DNA from: Azolla caroliniana
Lineage: Eukaryota > Plantae > Polypodiophyta
NCBI GenBank assembly: GCA_043228905.1
Contig: JBHGNT010000005.1
Span: 23,312,001 to 23,376,000, forward strand
Direction of reading: 5' to 3'
Length of the DNA: 64,000 bases
The stretch's first letter is position 1, and every line of letters starts with the position of its first letter. The notes under the pieces are model-generated. The model saw nothing but the letters and a program-made list of their open reading frames with translations, was not told the DNA's origin and searched no databases. Below, piece after piece: positions 1-10,798 of this stretch. The position numbers and the translations under genes are program-made.

Positions 1-1011
1 AGAGTAGGAGGGGATGACTAGATTAGAATTTTAGGGTCTTCCATGGTAGTGTAGGGCCATTCATGTATAGGTCATGTCATAGTTTTGTATGGTCACTAAA
101 AATTGGGTCAATCTGAGGGCCATTTAAGTTATACATGGGCCACGTATGTACTACTACTCTCGTGGAAACATTATTATGCTAAAGTTAACCTTATCCTCAC
201 AATCATGGGAAATTGGATGCTTCTTATAGAAAAACCTCAATGATTTCCTTATTTCATCTTGTTTAGTCTAGAAATTCTATAAATAGTTTGAATGAAGCAC
301 ATTGAAGAATATTTGGATGTGCACATATTGGAAAAGAAAGGGACAAGATGACATGAGTCCATGTCTTACTTACCCACATTGGAGCCCTTCCACATGAAGC
401 GGAGGACAATCCAAAATAGATCTAACTTCTTGACCTATTGCACTCACATTAATTCTTCATATTAGACTTTTTTTTGAGGATATTTACTAGTGCCCAAGGT
501 CACATCCACACATTAATACCATAGTGCTACATGCCATCATATAAATGTGTACACACATTGAAAATAGAAACTAAAAGTTGTGTGAGAGTAGAGAGAGAAT
601 CTGTGGTCTATGTTGTCAACATACCTGAAACAAAAGAATATTCCACTTTGGAATGCTTTGTTATGAGGACATCATGCATTATTTTCAAATGATTTCTATA
701 ATGTTGTTCTAGCTTTCAAGAATTCCTAATGAGAACAAACACATAATCCATGACTCTTCTACATTGCCACCTAACCAAACTCATGGAAGATCCAAAGAAT
801 GAAAATAGGAAGCAACATAGTTTTTTTTAAAAGTTTTGCGTTTAGTTTTTCTTTCTATTCTACCATTTAACAATCTCTTGCTTGGACGGTGAGAGTGCTT
901 TGTAATGATCATTGTCTTGTGGGTCATGTTGGTCCCTCTTAGACACCAATATATCATCATTATCATTCTCTCTCATGATTGCACTGCTTAAAACCTAGGA
1001 GTTGAATATAT

Positions 1012-1324
1012 TGTTGTAAACAATGAACTTTGAGGAAACAATAAATCCATATATATTAAGGAAACAACTAGGGACTGCAAAGGGTTGGTTGGTCAATAGA
1101 ATGAGAGAACTATTGTACATTAAATTGCATCTACTATCGTCTATAATGAATATTGAAGCTCTTGTTCTTTTCATCGATCCATTGTTTCTTTTTGTCCTTG
1201 AGTGTTGTATATACCTATTATGTTCTTATCCATTTCTTACTATTCTTTCTTATCGTGATCTTATAGGGTCTTGAGCGATAGGTCAAGCATTGGATGTACC
1301 TAATTCTAACATGGGTATTAGAGA
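1012..1324 (+). repeat. Possible very old copia-type LTR remnant followed by a decayed tRNA-iMet PBS
   Basis: TGTTG at 1012 and ...TAACA at 1311, followed by TGGGTATTAGAG, which resembles TGGTATCAGAG. No partner LTR or coding domain recognisable. Confidence 0.2.
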
Positions 1325-2654
1325 AATGGTCATCTACAACAAGCTAAGGAGGAAAAGCTTTGCAAGGTTTGACAACAATAAGAAAATTATTAGGTACTAG
1401 AGATAAAAATAGTAGTGAGAGATTATTGAACAAATGAGAAAAGGGCAAGACTTTAGCTAAGATGGGTGCCTAGTCATACAACGACATCCACCATGTCTTC
1501 AATGTGGTGCCTAACTTTATAAAGATACAATTCTTTCTTTGCCTTGTCTATAGTAAGCATACCCAATACTAGTCCATGCATTAGAGGAAGATGGATAACC
1601 AATAGCTAATAACCTAATATAACTAGCTATTACTAATCCATCATTCATGACATGTAGTTATCATGTAGGTATTAGTCATGACTTAAATGATTGGTTGTTA
1701 GACTTGTAGCTAGTCAACTAGCCGATTATTCTTTGTTATTTAATAAGCTAAGATCATTTGCTACTATTCATCGTTTGGATGTGAGAGTTATTGTGAAATA
1801 GCTAAATTAACAATTTACTATCACACTTCAAGTTATCACTTAATTAATAGTCAAACATACTTAGCTAATTAAGTATCCACTAAATTAGTTACTTGACTTG
1901 TAGCAACTTATCTAACATCACTTGTTAGTACATAGCAATAAGCTATATTAACACTTATACTTATCAATAGGTATTATTGGTTGTCAAATTGTTGGAGTTA
2001 TAGTTAAATAACTATATCAAAAAGTTAAAGATCACTATATATCAAACTTCAAGTTGTCACTAAGAATAAGTGATTGCACAACTACTTAGTTAAAAAATAT
2101 TTGTAACTATTTGCTATCATCTTGATATTTGACATTACATTGATAATTAGGTATTACTTATCATAAAGCTATTAAGCTAATCTAATAATTGCTAGTGGTT
2201 TATCATTATTATCCATTTTTGTTTCAATGTAGGTGATTTATTTATTAGGTTTACGAGAATGTATCCCAAAGTGAAGTTCAATTACGAACATTTGAATATC
2301 TCAAACCATGTTTTATGAAATGTTGTCATGATGTGGCATTTATAGTGGAAGGAAAAGTGTCGAACCCTAATTTCATGAATGGTTAAAGGTTAGGTCAAAC
2401 ACATGAATAGAAGGATATGAGATAGGATGACACCTAAAACAAAAAGATATAACTGAAATTGCAAGAGCTAACTCTTGAAATCATAAGGTGTAAACGTTTG
2501 AATCTTCTAAAGGATGATGATCGTGAAATTGTGATTTAAAATGTACACCATGTAAGATTGAGGAATGTGGTAGAATGAAAGGGAAGAATTCACTTTTGCA
2601 AAAGTTGAGTCTCATGGATCAATGGTGACTTGTGCATCAAGTCTCATGGATCAA

Positions 2655-5600
2655 GAAGTGGTGCGTGCTTGAGTCCATACAACGGCTTTTTGAGTCGGCA
2701 AACTGCTTTCCGGTGTTTGCTCGATTCGAACCCGAGTGGTTGAATCATGAAGACCTCTCCTTCTAATTCGCCTTGCAGGAAGGCGTTCTTCACATCTATT
2801 TGGTGGAGGTGTCACCCTTTTGCAATTGCGAGAGTAATGATTGTCCGAACAGTCGTCATCTTTGCCACTAGGGCAAAGGTGTCCTCGTAATCAATGCTGT
2901 GTGTTTGAGCATATCCCTTGGCTACGAGTCCTGCTTTGTAGTGATTTATCGAACCATTGACATTGTATTTTACCATATATATCCACCTGCATTCGATCGC
3001 TTTCTTGTGTGGTGAACGGGGGACGAGATCCCATGTCTCGTTTTTGCATAGAGCCCGCATTTCTTCGTTCATGGCTTCGATCCATCGTCGATCCTTGGTT
3101 GCCTCAAAAAAGGTTTCCGATTCTCGGATAGTCACCACCTTCATCACAAAGGCATAATGATATGCCATATACTCATCGTAGCCGAATTGGCTAACTAGGT
3201 TTTTCTCTCGGGTGGAGCGAGGGAGCTTCTTGTGTGCAGAGACTAAGGTTTTCTTCGCTCCATTTGTCCAGATGATTGGGATGTCCATGCCTTCAAACTC
3301 ATTATCAAGGGAGTGAGTTGACTCGTTGTTGATTGGATCTTCGTATTCCGGCATTTTGGCCTTTCCTTCATCTAACCTCGGACTCGGTCGAGATGTGCTT
3401 TGGTCACTCGGGGGCTTTTGTGGTCCGCTCAGTCATGTTGTAATCAGACTTGCGTCATACATTTATCTGAGTCAATCTTCGTTCCCTAGCTCTTGGTCGG
3501 CCGAATTTGGGCGGATTGTTGTTGGAATCGGAGTCGTCTCTAGTTAGTACCACGATGCCAACTTGTCGAAAACAACATCTCGACTCACCCTAACTTTTCG
3601 GGTAGATGGGTCGTAACATTTGTACCCCTTTTCTTCGAGTGAGTATCCTATGAGGATACATTTCTCTGACTTCGGGTCGAGCTTGTGTCGCTTCTCGTTG
3701 GGAATGTGTACATATGCGATCGAGCTGAATATCCGGATATGTGATAGATCCGACTTCTTTCCGAAAAACTTCTCATGAGGTATTATGTCGTGTACCCCAA
3801 AGGTTATACATCTATTCATGAGATAGACGGATGTGTTAGCCGTTTTTGCCCATTATGATTTCGGCAAGTTCTTCTCGTTCATCATGGCCCTTGCCACCTC
3901 TACTATATGCCGATTCTTCTGTTTGGCTATTCTGTTTTACTGAGGTCTATGTTGGCATGAGAATTCTCATCGAATTCCTTCCTTTCGGAGATATGCTATA
4001 AAATCTTCTGAGAAATACTCCTTGCCTCCATCCGATCGGAGGCATCGAACATGCCGACTTGTGGCTTTTTTGACTTCGTTTTTAAACCTTTGGAAGTGTC
4101 TGAACACTTCACTCTTCTATCGCATAGGATAGATCAGGTATGCCTCGAGAAGTCATCGATGACCATGACATAATATCGGCAACCACCGAATGTTGCCGTC
4201 TGGGCTGCCCCCACACATATGAATGTACTACATCTAGGATCCCTTTGCTCACGTTCCTCTCTTTCGGGAATGGTTGCCGGTGTTGTTTGCCGAGTTGATA
4301 GGCTTCACATACACCGACAATCTCCTTTTCGGTAAATGTCGGGAGTCCGATTACGACTCCTTTTGACTGCATTCCTTTAAGCTTTAGGAAATTGATGTGG
4401 CCAATTCGCTTGTACCACAGGTTTAAGTTGGTTTCAACTTTGTGGCCTTTTGCGAACATGGTCGACTTCATCTCGTTCGATTCGAGGATGAACATCTGGC
4501 CTTCTCTTTGACCGTGAGCTATGAGTTTATCGTCTTTTTCAATGAAGCACCCGTCATTGTTGAATCGTACTTGATACCTTGTTCAACAATCTAGTCGACT
4601 GAGACCGGGTTTTTCGTGATGGTTGGAACATGCAAGACATTCTTGAGGTAGGTTTGTTTGCCATCAATCCCGAATGGGACATTTTTTATATGCCGAATCG
4701 AGTGAGTTGTGTCGTCTTCGATTTCAACATAGCCAGGTTGATCAGGCTTTCTCAACTCTTGGAACCAACCTTCATGAGATGTCATATGATTGGATGCTCC
4801 TGAATCGACAAACCATACATTATTTGAGGAGGAGGTGCTTGTCGGACCTTGTGACGACATCGAATGAGCTTTGTGCCTCATTACGAAAATTCCGCCATGA
4901 TCATCATAATCGGAATTCGTGGCATAATTTGTGAGTTGTCGGCTGGTAGAAGCCGACTCTTGCTTCTTCTTTCCACACTCTTCATAGTGGTCAAGCTTTC
5001 CACAGTATTCATATTCGATTTGGTTGTTGCGATGGCTTGGTTCGGCAGGATGGCTCCCCCTTCTGCCGTACTCCCTAGGATTGTTCCTATCGTCTTGCCA
5101 TTGGTGGGAGTTGCGTTCTCGGGTCGGCTGACCCTATCGCCCTCGGTCGAATCGACCTCTATTTCCTCCGCCCAGTCCTCTTCCATCATCCTTTTGGCAG
5201 TAGAGTATTTGACCATTTGGTGTGTTGCTCCTTTTTCAGACATGATTTTCTTCCACTAGTAATGTCTACTGAAGGTCGAAAAAGGAGGGAGGGTTCTCCC
5301 TTGCAAGAATGGCCGATTTGATCTTTTGCTGAATCGCGGTGCTAAACCGCCGAGGACCTCGAGCTCGTCTTAGTCTGACCGACTGATACACACTCTCAAG
5401 ACTCTCAGATTACCACTCTATATTATTGAGTATAACTCTGATTTCATCATATAAATATGTTAGACCTAATTGTATTTATGCTTATACACAGTATAGGCTA
5501 TTTACAAATATGGCCACTATGCGACCATGTCACAATCGGTTTCTAGATGCCTTTCGACTGATATGGAACCCTATCCAGATCCGGTTTCCAGATGTCTTCC

Positions 5601-5669
5601 GAATGATCTGACTCCTTGTCGAGATCTAGCTTGTTGCATGTTCCATTCAGAGGAACCTGTTCTCCAACA
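2655..5669 (-). mobile_element. Truncated, degenerate Ty1/copia LTR retrotransposon, related to the 52991-59642 element
   Basis: Minus-strand pieces: protease WFVDSGASNHMT (4591-4881), GAG-pre-integrase LWYKRIGHINF (4109-4495), integrase C-terminus KLDPKSEKCILIGY (3544-3819), RT N-terminus AMNEEM...[11 protein letters not shown] (2812-3354). Broken in RT near 2655; most of gag is deleted at about 5356. Confidence 0.92.
5357..5669 (-). repeat. Partial 5' LTR of the copia fragment
   Basis: Begins TGTTGGAGAACAGG on the minus strand at 5669 and resembles the ends of other copia LTRs here (GAGG.ACCTGT..TCCCAACA). It is joined directly to gag sequence. Confidence 0.6.
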
Positions 5670-5699
5670 ATTCTAAGATAGTCCTCCCACTTATCCAAT

Positions 5700-6186
5700 T
5701 TACATAGAAAATTGGTTTTGAATTTCTTTGGAAAATAGACGCCAACAAGGCATTTATTTATCTAAAATGTGCATTTACATCAACAATTTTATTACCGCAC
5801 ATGCTAATCCAGAGAAACCATTTATTATTGAAGCTGGTGCATCTGATTTTGCACTTGGGAGCATTCTTTCACAACCAAGAGAAGATGGTGAGCTTCATTT
5901 GATAGCTTTCCATTCATGGAAATTTACAGTTGTTGAGATTAATTATGATATCCATGATAAAGGACTTTTGGCTATTGCCGACTCTTTTGAGCAATGATGA
6001 CAATTTTTGGAAGGGACTCCTCATCAAGGTATCGTGTGTAATGATCATAAGAATCTCACATATTTCCAAACAGCTCAAGTACTTAATAGGCGACAAGCTT
6101 GTTGGGTGCAGTTTCTAATCTGATTTGATTTCAAAATTATATATCAGCGTGAATCTTTATAGGGAAATGTAGATGCTTTGTCACAA
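5700..6186 (+). pseudogene. Tcn1-like Ty3/gypsy pol fragment (RT connection/RNase H)
   Basis: PEKPFIIEAGASDFALGSILSQ...NYDIHDKGLLAI...DALSQ, homologous to 12450-13037. Confidence 0.85.
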
Positions 6187-9100
6187 CGTTCGCATTCACA
6201 AGTGGAAGGATTGCGCATTCCATTTATAGATTCCTTTTATAATCTTGCGATTTTAGACAATTTTCAAAAACTTGATACACCAGTATCACATGTTTTAAAT
6301 AGCATGTAAAATTTGCTAATTTTTTGAGATTTAACAAGTTTCAAAATGATAATTTCTAAAATTGAATAGTTTTTCAGTAAATGTTTAAATGTTGATGGTT
6401 TGCAGATATGAAATGTAGTTAACTTAATGAAAATCACAATGGTTAACTCAAGGCACAAGTTAAGATTAATGGTTTCACCATCTTGATGAGATTAAGATTA
6501 CATCTTTTGTTAGAATTGAAAATGTTTTAAGTATAAGAGGTAACATTGCAATCCTTAATATCATCATATATAAATTTAGTGCTCATTAACATCCATAAAT
6601 TCACAACTCAAGAAATGTAGACATTATTCATAAACAATTTTGATAAATCCACAACTCCAAAAATGTAGATGATATTCATAAACTGTTAAAACTGTCAAAC
6701 TTTAGATGTGAACATTAATATATCAATTTGAACATATCATATAGTTATCAGGGTATCTACAATGTTATCCTCTTCTTCCTTTTGAGAATTCCCCTACAAA
6801 ATTTGTGAAGTAAATGGCATTTGCGAAGTTCAATTACCATCAATACAATTATTAATGGTTTTTTGCTAATCAATGAAGCACATGTTCACCATAAGGTATC
6901 TTGTTGCGCAACATACATCTTTGCAGTATCGATATGCATCTTTTTCTCTTGTAAAAACATAGATTTCAGTATAATTTGAGTTCATGTTTAAAAAACCTCT
7001 TTTATTTGAAAAACAAGAAGTTTTTTAAACATGCACTCAGTATGTTGTATCGAGTTGATGTAAAAAACAGAGTTTTGATCATAATTCCATACAATGTATT
7101 GAATTCATGTTAAAAGGTTTTTTTACTGAATTTAAAAAAATTTAATAATAATACGTTGAGCTTGAGTTCATATAAAAACCAGATTTTTCATCACAATTTA
7201 ATATAATGTATCAAGTTCATGTTTAATATATATTTTTCTAATTTTTTTCTAATTTTTTTCTAATTTTTTTGATTTTTTTCAAATTTATTTATGGAAAAAA
7301 TAATTTAAAACATGAATTCGATACATTTTATCGACTTGTGATGAAAACTCTGTTTTTTTCATCATTTATTAAAGCTCAAAAAAAATTTCAAATTTTTTTT
7401 CAAAAAACCAAAATAAATAGAAAAAAAGCATTAAAAAAAAAAACCCAAATAAAGCTTTAAACATGAACTCGATACAATGTATCGAGTTCATGTAGAAAAG
7501 TTGACTTTTTGACACAAAATCGATGCAATGTATCGAGTTCGTATTGAAAACGTTTCAACACAAACTTGATACATTGTATTGAGTTTATGTTGAAAACTCT
7601 ATTTTTCAACACGAACTCGATACATTGTATCGAGTTCATGTTAAAAAGTCGACTTTTCTACATGTATCGAGTTCGTGTTGAAAAGCTAACTTGTTTAAAG
7701 CTTTTTTTTGGGGTTTTTTAAAAAAATTGCTTTTTTTTCTATTTATTTTGGTTTGTTGTTTTTTTTGAATTTTTTTTTTGAGCTTTAATAAATGATGAAA
7801 AAACCAGAGTTTTTATCAAAAGTCAATTCAATGTATCGAATTCATGTTAAAATTTTTTTTTTCCATAAATAAAATTGAAAAAAGAAAATCAAAAAAGTTG
7901 AAAAAAAATTAGAAAAATATACTTTAAACATGAACTCGATACATTGTATCAATTTATGATGAAAAATCTGGTTTTTATATGAACTCGAGCTCAACTTATT
8001 ATTATTAATTTTTTTTAAATCCAGTAAAAAAAACTTTAAACATGAATTCAATATATTTTATGGAATTATGATCAAAACTCTGTTTTTTACATCAACTTGA
8101 TACAACATATCGAATTCATGTTTAAAAATCTTCTTGTTTTTTAAATAAAAAGAGGGTTTTTAAACATGAACTTGAATCGTACTAAAATATTTGTTTTTAG
8201 AAGAGAAAAAGATGCATATCGATAGTGCAAAGAAGTGTGTTGCATAACAAAATACCTTATGGTGAACATGTACACCATTGATTAACACAAAACCATTAAT
8301 AATTGTGTTGATGGTAATTGAACCTTGCAAATGTCATTTACATGGTCTATAAAGTATTCTCGTGGTTCGCAATGACCATTTCAAGCACTTAATGTTGATC
8401 TTCATAGTTTGGTTCATCTACAACAGAGAAGCATTTATGTGGAACAAAGGATGACAACACGAGCATAACTCAGATGACAAGGAAACTTACAAGAACTCAA
8501 GGTGGGGATATTAATAACTACACATGTAGATGGCCATGAGCTAGGGTACCAATTCTGCATTGGTAAAGTTTTGGACGTGATGATGCATTAAACCTTTGTA
8601 ATACATCTATCATTGACATTAGTTAGGTGGATATCATTGTGTATGACTTTACACTGACTAAAGTTGGATGTTTAAGGACAACAACGATATACATAACAAA
8701 AGAGATATTACCAAGTCTAGAAGATATCTTAGATTGAAGGTGAAGATTTACTACACACAATTTGGAGACACCATTTGGTGAAGACAATGATTTGATTGGT
8801 ACATTTGAAAATGAGGAGGAAGAGTCACAATTGTATATTATCTATAGTAGTGATTCTCATGAAAAGAATGATGATATTTATGCAAATAACTCCCAAATGT
8901 ATTTGTTGTGCAACTATGCGTAACAAATTTAGACAACATTTTATTGAATGAAATAAAAATGTTCATTGTTTTGAAATCCTCAGCTTTTCATTTCTTTAAT
9001 ATCTAAAAACTTATTAGTTGTCATTTTTCTTTAAAAATACACAAACTTACTTTTCGTATTTGATCAAAGTTTGGCATTTTTCAATTTTACCAAATGGTGA

Positions 9101-9246
9101 AATTTTTAACTTTTTCATCAAGTTTTTGAGAACATGTGATACTAGTATCAAGGTGTTTTGTGAAATGGCAAAAAACTCCCAAAATCAAACGGAATATTCC
9201 TTATCCTTCCACTTGTGCGTGATCCTTTCACTTGTGAACGCGAACG
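6187..9246. mobile_element. Non-autonomous TIR DNA transposon-like insertion interrupting the gypsy pol
   Basis: Left end CGTTCGCATTCACAAGTGGAAGGAT is nearly the reverse complement of right end ATCCTTTCACTTGTGAACGCGAACG. A second inverted block lies at about 6268-6295 versus 9130-9155. Gypsy pol resumes at about 9250 (FDYKKQVLLGP). No clear TSD. Confidence 0.65.
6810..8341. repeat. ~1.5-kb foldback (long inverted repeat) built from palindromic subunits
   Basis: GTAAATGGCATTTGCGAAGTTCAATTACCATCAATACAATTATTAATGGTT (from 6810) mirrors AACCATTAATAATTGTGTTGATGGTAATTGAACCTTGCAAATGTCATTTAC (ending 8341). Colinear inverted similarity continues inward for more than 600 bp. Confidence 0.9.
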
Positions 9247-9980
9247 TGTTCGGACTTTGATTATAAAAAACAAGTTCTTTTGGGTCCTCACAATTACACA
9301 CAATTGAAGTATTTGTTATGTTATTAGATTCAAACATATTTGACATCATATGACATGATATCCATTCAGATATGTTTTCTCAACAAGTATTAGATCATAT
9401 TAATCTTAAACGCACTAGAAAACAACTTTCCGCACAACTTCATATAGATGATAAGAGTTCAAATGGCATGCTGGAATTTGATATTACAATGGACTTTTAT
9501 ATGTTCTAGAGAGGTATTCTCGCCTCTAAGTTTTATAGCGTTGTCATGATACTTACATTGTTGGACATTTCGAGATCCATAAAACATTAGAATTAGTTAC
9601 TCGATTGGTGGCCTTAGATTTGTAATTTTGTGAAAGATTATGCCCGCACATGTGACACTTGTTGTCAGACAAAGATACCTTGTCCTTGCCCCTATGGATT
9701 ATTGCATCTTTACTAATTACTAAACGACCTTGGCAATCTATTTCCATCGATTTTACTATAGATTTGCCACTTTCTAAAGATTTTCATGCTATTCTAACAG
9801 TAATTGTTGATTGATTTATGAAGATGGAAAATTTTATACCATGTCTTAAGAGCATCAATAGCGAATAAATAACTAATCTTGTTATGAGAGAAGTTTTTTG
9901 ACTTCATGATCTCCCAGAAAGCTTTATTAGTGAGGGTTTGTCTCAATTTGTGTCTATGTTCTTGAGGCATTTATTGTCGT
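9247..9980 (+). pseudogene. Continuation of the Tcn1-like pol (integrase zinc finger and start of core)
   Basis: Degenerate translation CHDTYIVGHF...ARTCDTCCQTK...PYGLL...PWQSISIDF, homologous to 11535-12020. Confidence 0.85.
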
Positions 9981-10630
9981 TGTCGTAGTGTATTTCGTAC
10001 ACTACGTGAAAATAATATAAAATAACCGATTGAATAAATATGAAGAAAAAAGAAGAAAATATCAAAATAAGCATTACATGCCTAGGGCAAGATTCAAACC
10101 TTGCACCTCCATGTTAATAATGTAATGTCTTACCATTGCACTAGCATTTCATTAGTTTAAAAAGTAGATGTTCCATATAGAAATGTTAGTTCACCTAGGA
10201 TAAACTTTAGTTAAAAGAAAACGCATGCTAAAAGAAAAAGCTACGCATGCACATCTAGCGTGCATGAACGCTATAGTTGATAAAAAACGCACAAGTTAGA
10301 AAAAACATGATTTACTTTAGATAAAGCATATAGTCTATCTATAGGAAAATCATGGAGTCTATAGTTAGAAAAAAAAGCATGGAGTCTATAGTTAGAGAAA
10401 AAGCATGGAGTCTATAGTTCGAGAAAAAGCATGGATTGTAAAGTCTCTCTCATCACTATATAAGGATGAGGAGCACAATGTAATAGAGGGGGTGAAATAT
10501 TTGGGAAATTGGATATATTTCCTAAAACACCAATTAATAAACTATACTCATGGGATTCACGAGATTTCTATATCTTTCTCTATCAATCTAAATACATATT
10601 CTTACGTAAATATTAATCAATAAAATACAT
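9981..10630 (+). repeat. LTR fragment of the Phygy-like gypsy lineage
   Basis: Starts TGTCGTAGTGTATTTCGTACACTACGTGAAAAT, similar to the 5' end of the LTR at 19989 (minus). Contains ~26-bp tandem repeats CATGGAGTCTATAGTTAGAGAAAAAG (10351-10434). Right end lost. Confidence 0.55.
10085..10150 (-). promoter_or_regulatory. tRNA-like Pol III A/B-box module inside an LTR
   Basis: A box TAGTGCAATGG (10143-10133) and B box GGTTTGAATC (10100-10091) at tRNA spacing; GCAAG/CTTGC T-arm-like stem. Confidence 0.55.
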
Positions 10631-10721
10631 TCTAGAATATGTTCAAGAGAAATCTGGAATATACATTAATTTTCTATATTAAAACTTAAATGAAAATAAT
10701 TTCTTTTGTATTATAATATAT

Positions 10722-10798
10722 AGTCATATAGACTAATGGTCAAGAGCTCGACCCATGTAACATAAGGTCATGGGTTCGAGTCTTACCATATTATGACA
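10722..10798 (+). promoter_or_regulatory. tRNA-like Pol III A/B-box module at the very start of the Tcn1-like LTR, antisense to the element
   Basis: A box TAGACTAATGG 10729-10739 and B box GGTTCGAGTC 10773-10782. A truncated copy (TAGTCTAATGG) is present in the other LTR at about 31842-31884. Confidence 0.65.

Noticed and set aside
1-2640. Host gene or structured repeat in the AT-rich left end
   Set aside because: Only short ORFs without recognisable domains; the TAGCTA-rich stretch at about 1590-2200 shows no period I can define.
7458-7680. CRISPR-like array of ~35-bp palindromic repeats
   Set aside because: Spacers are only about 10-18 bp and related to each other, there are no cas genes, the context is eukaryotic TE, and the units belong to the foldback.
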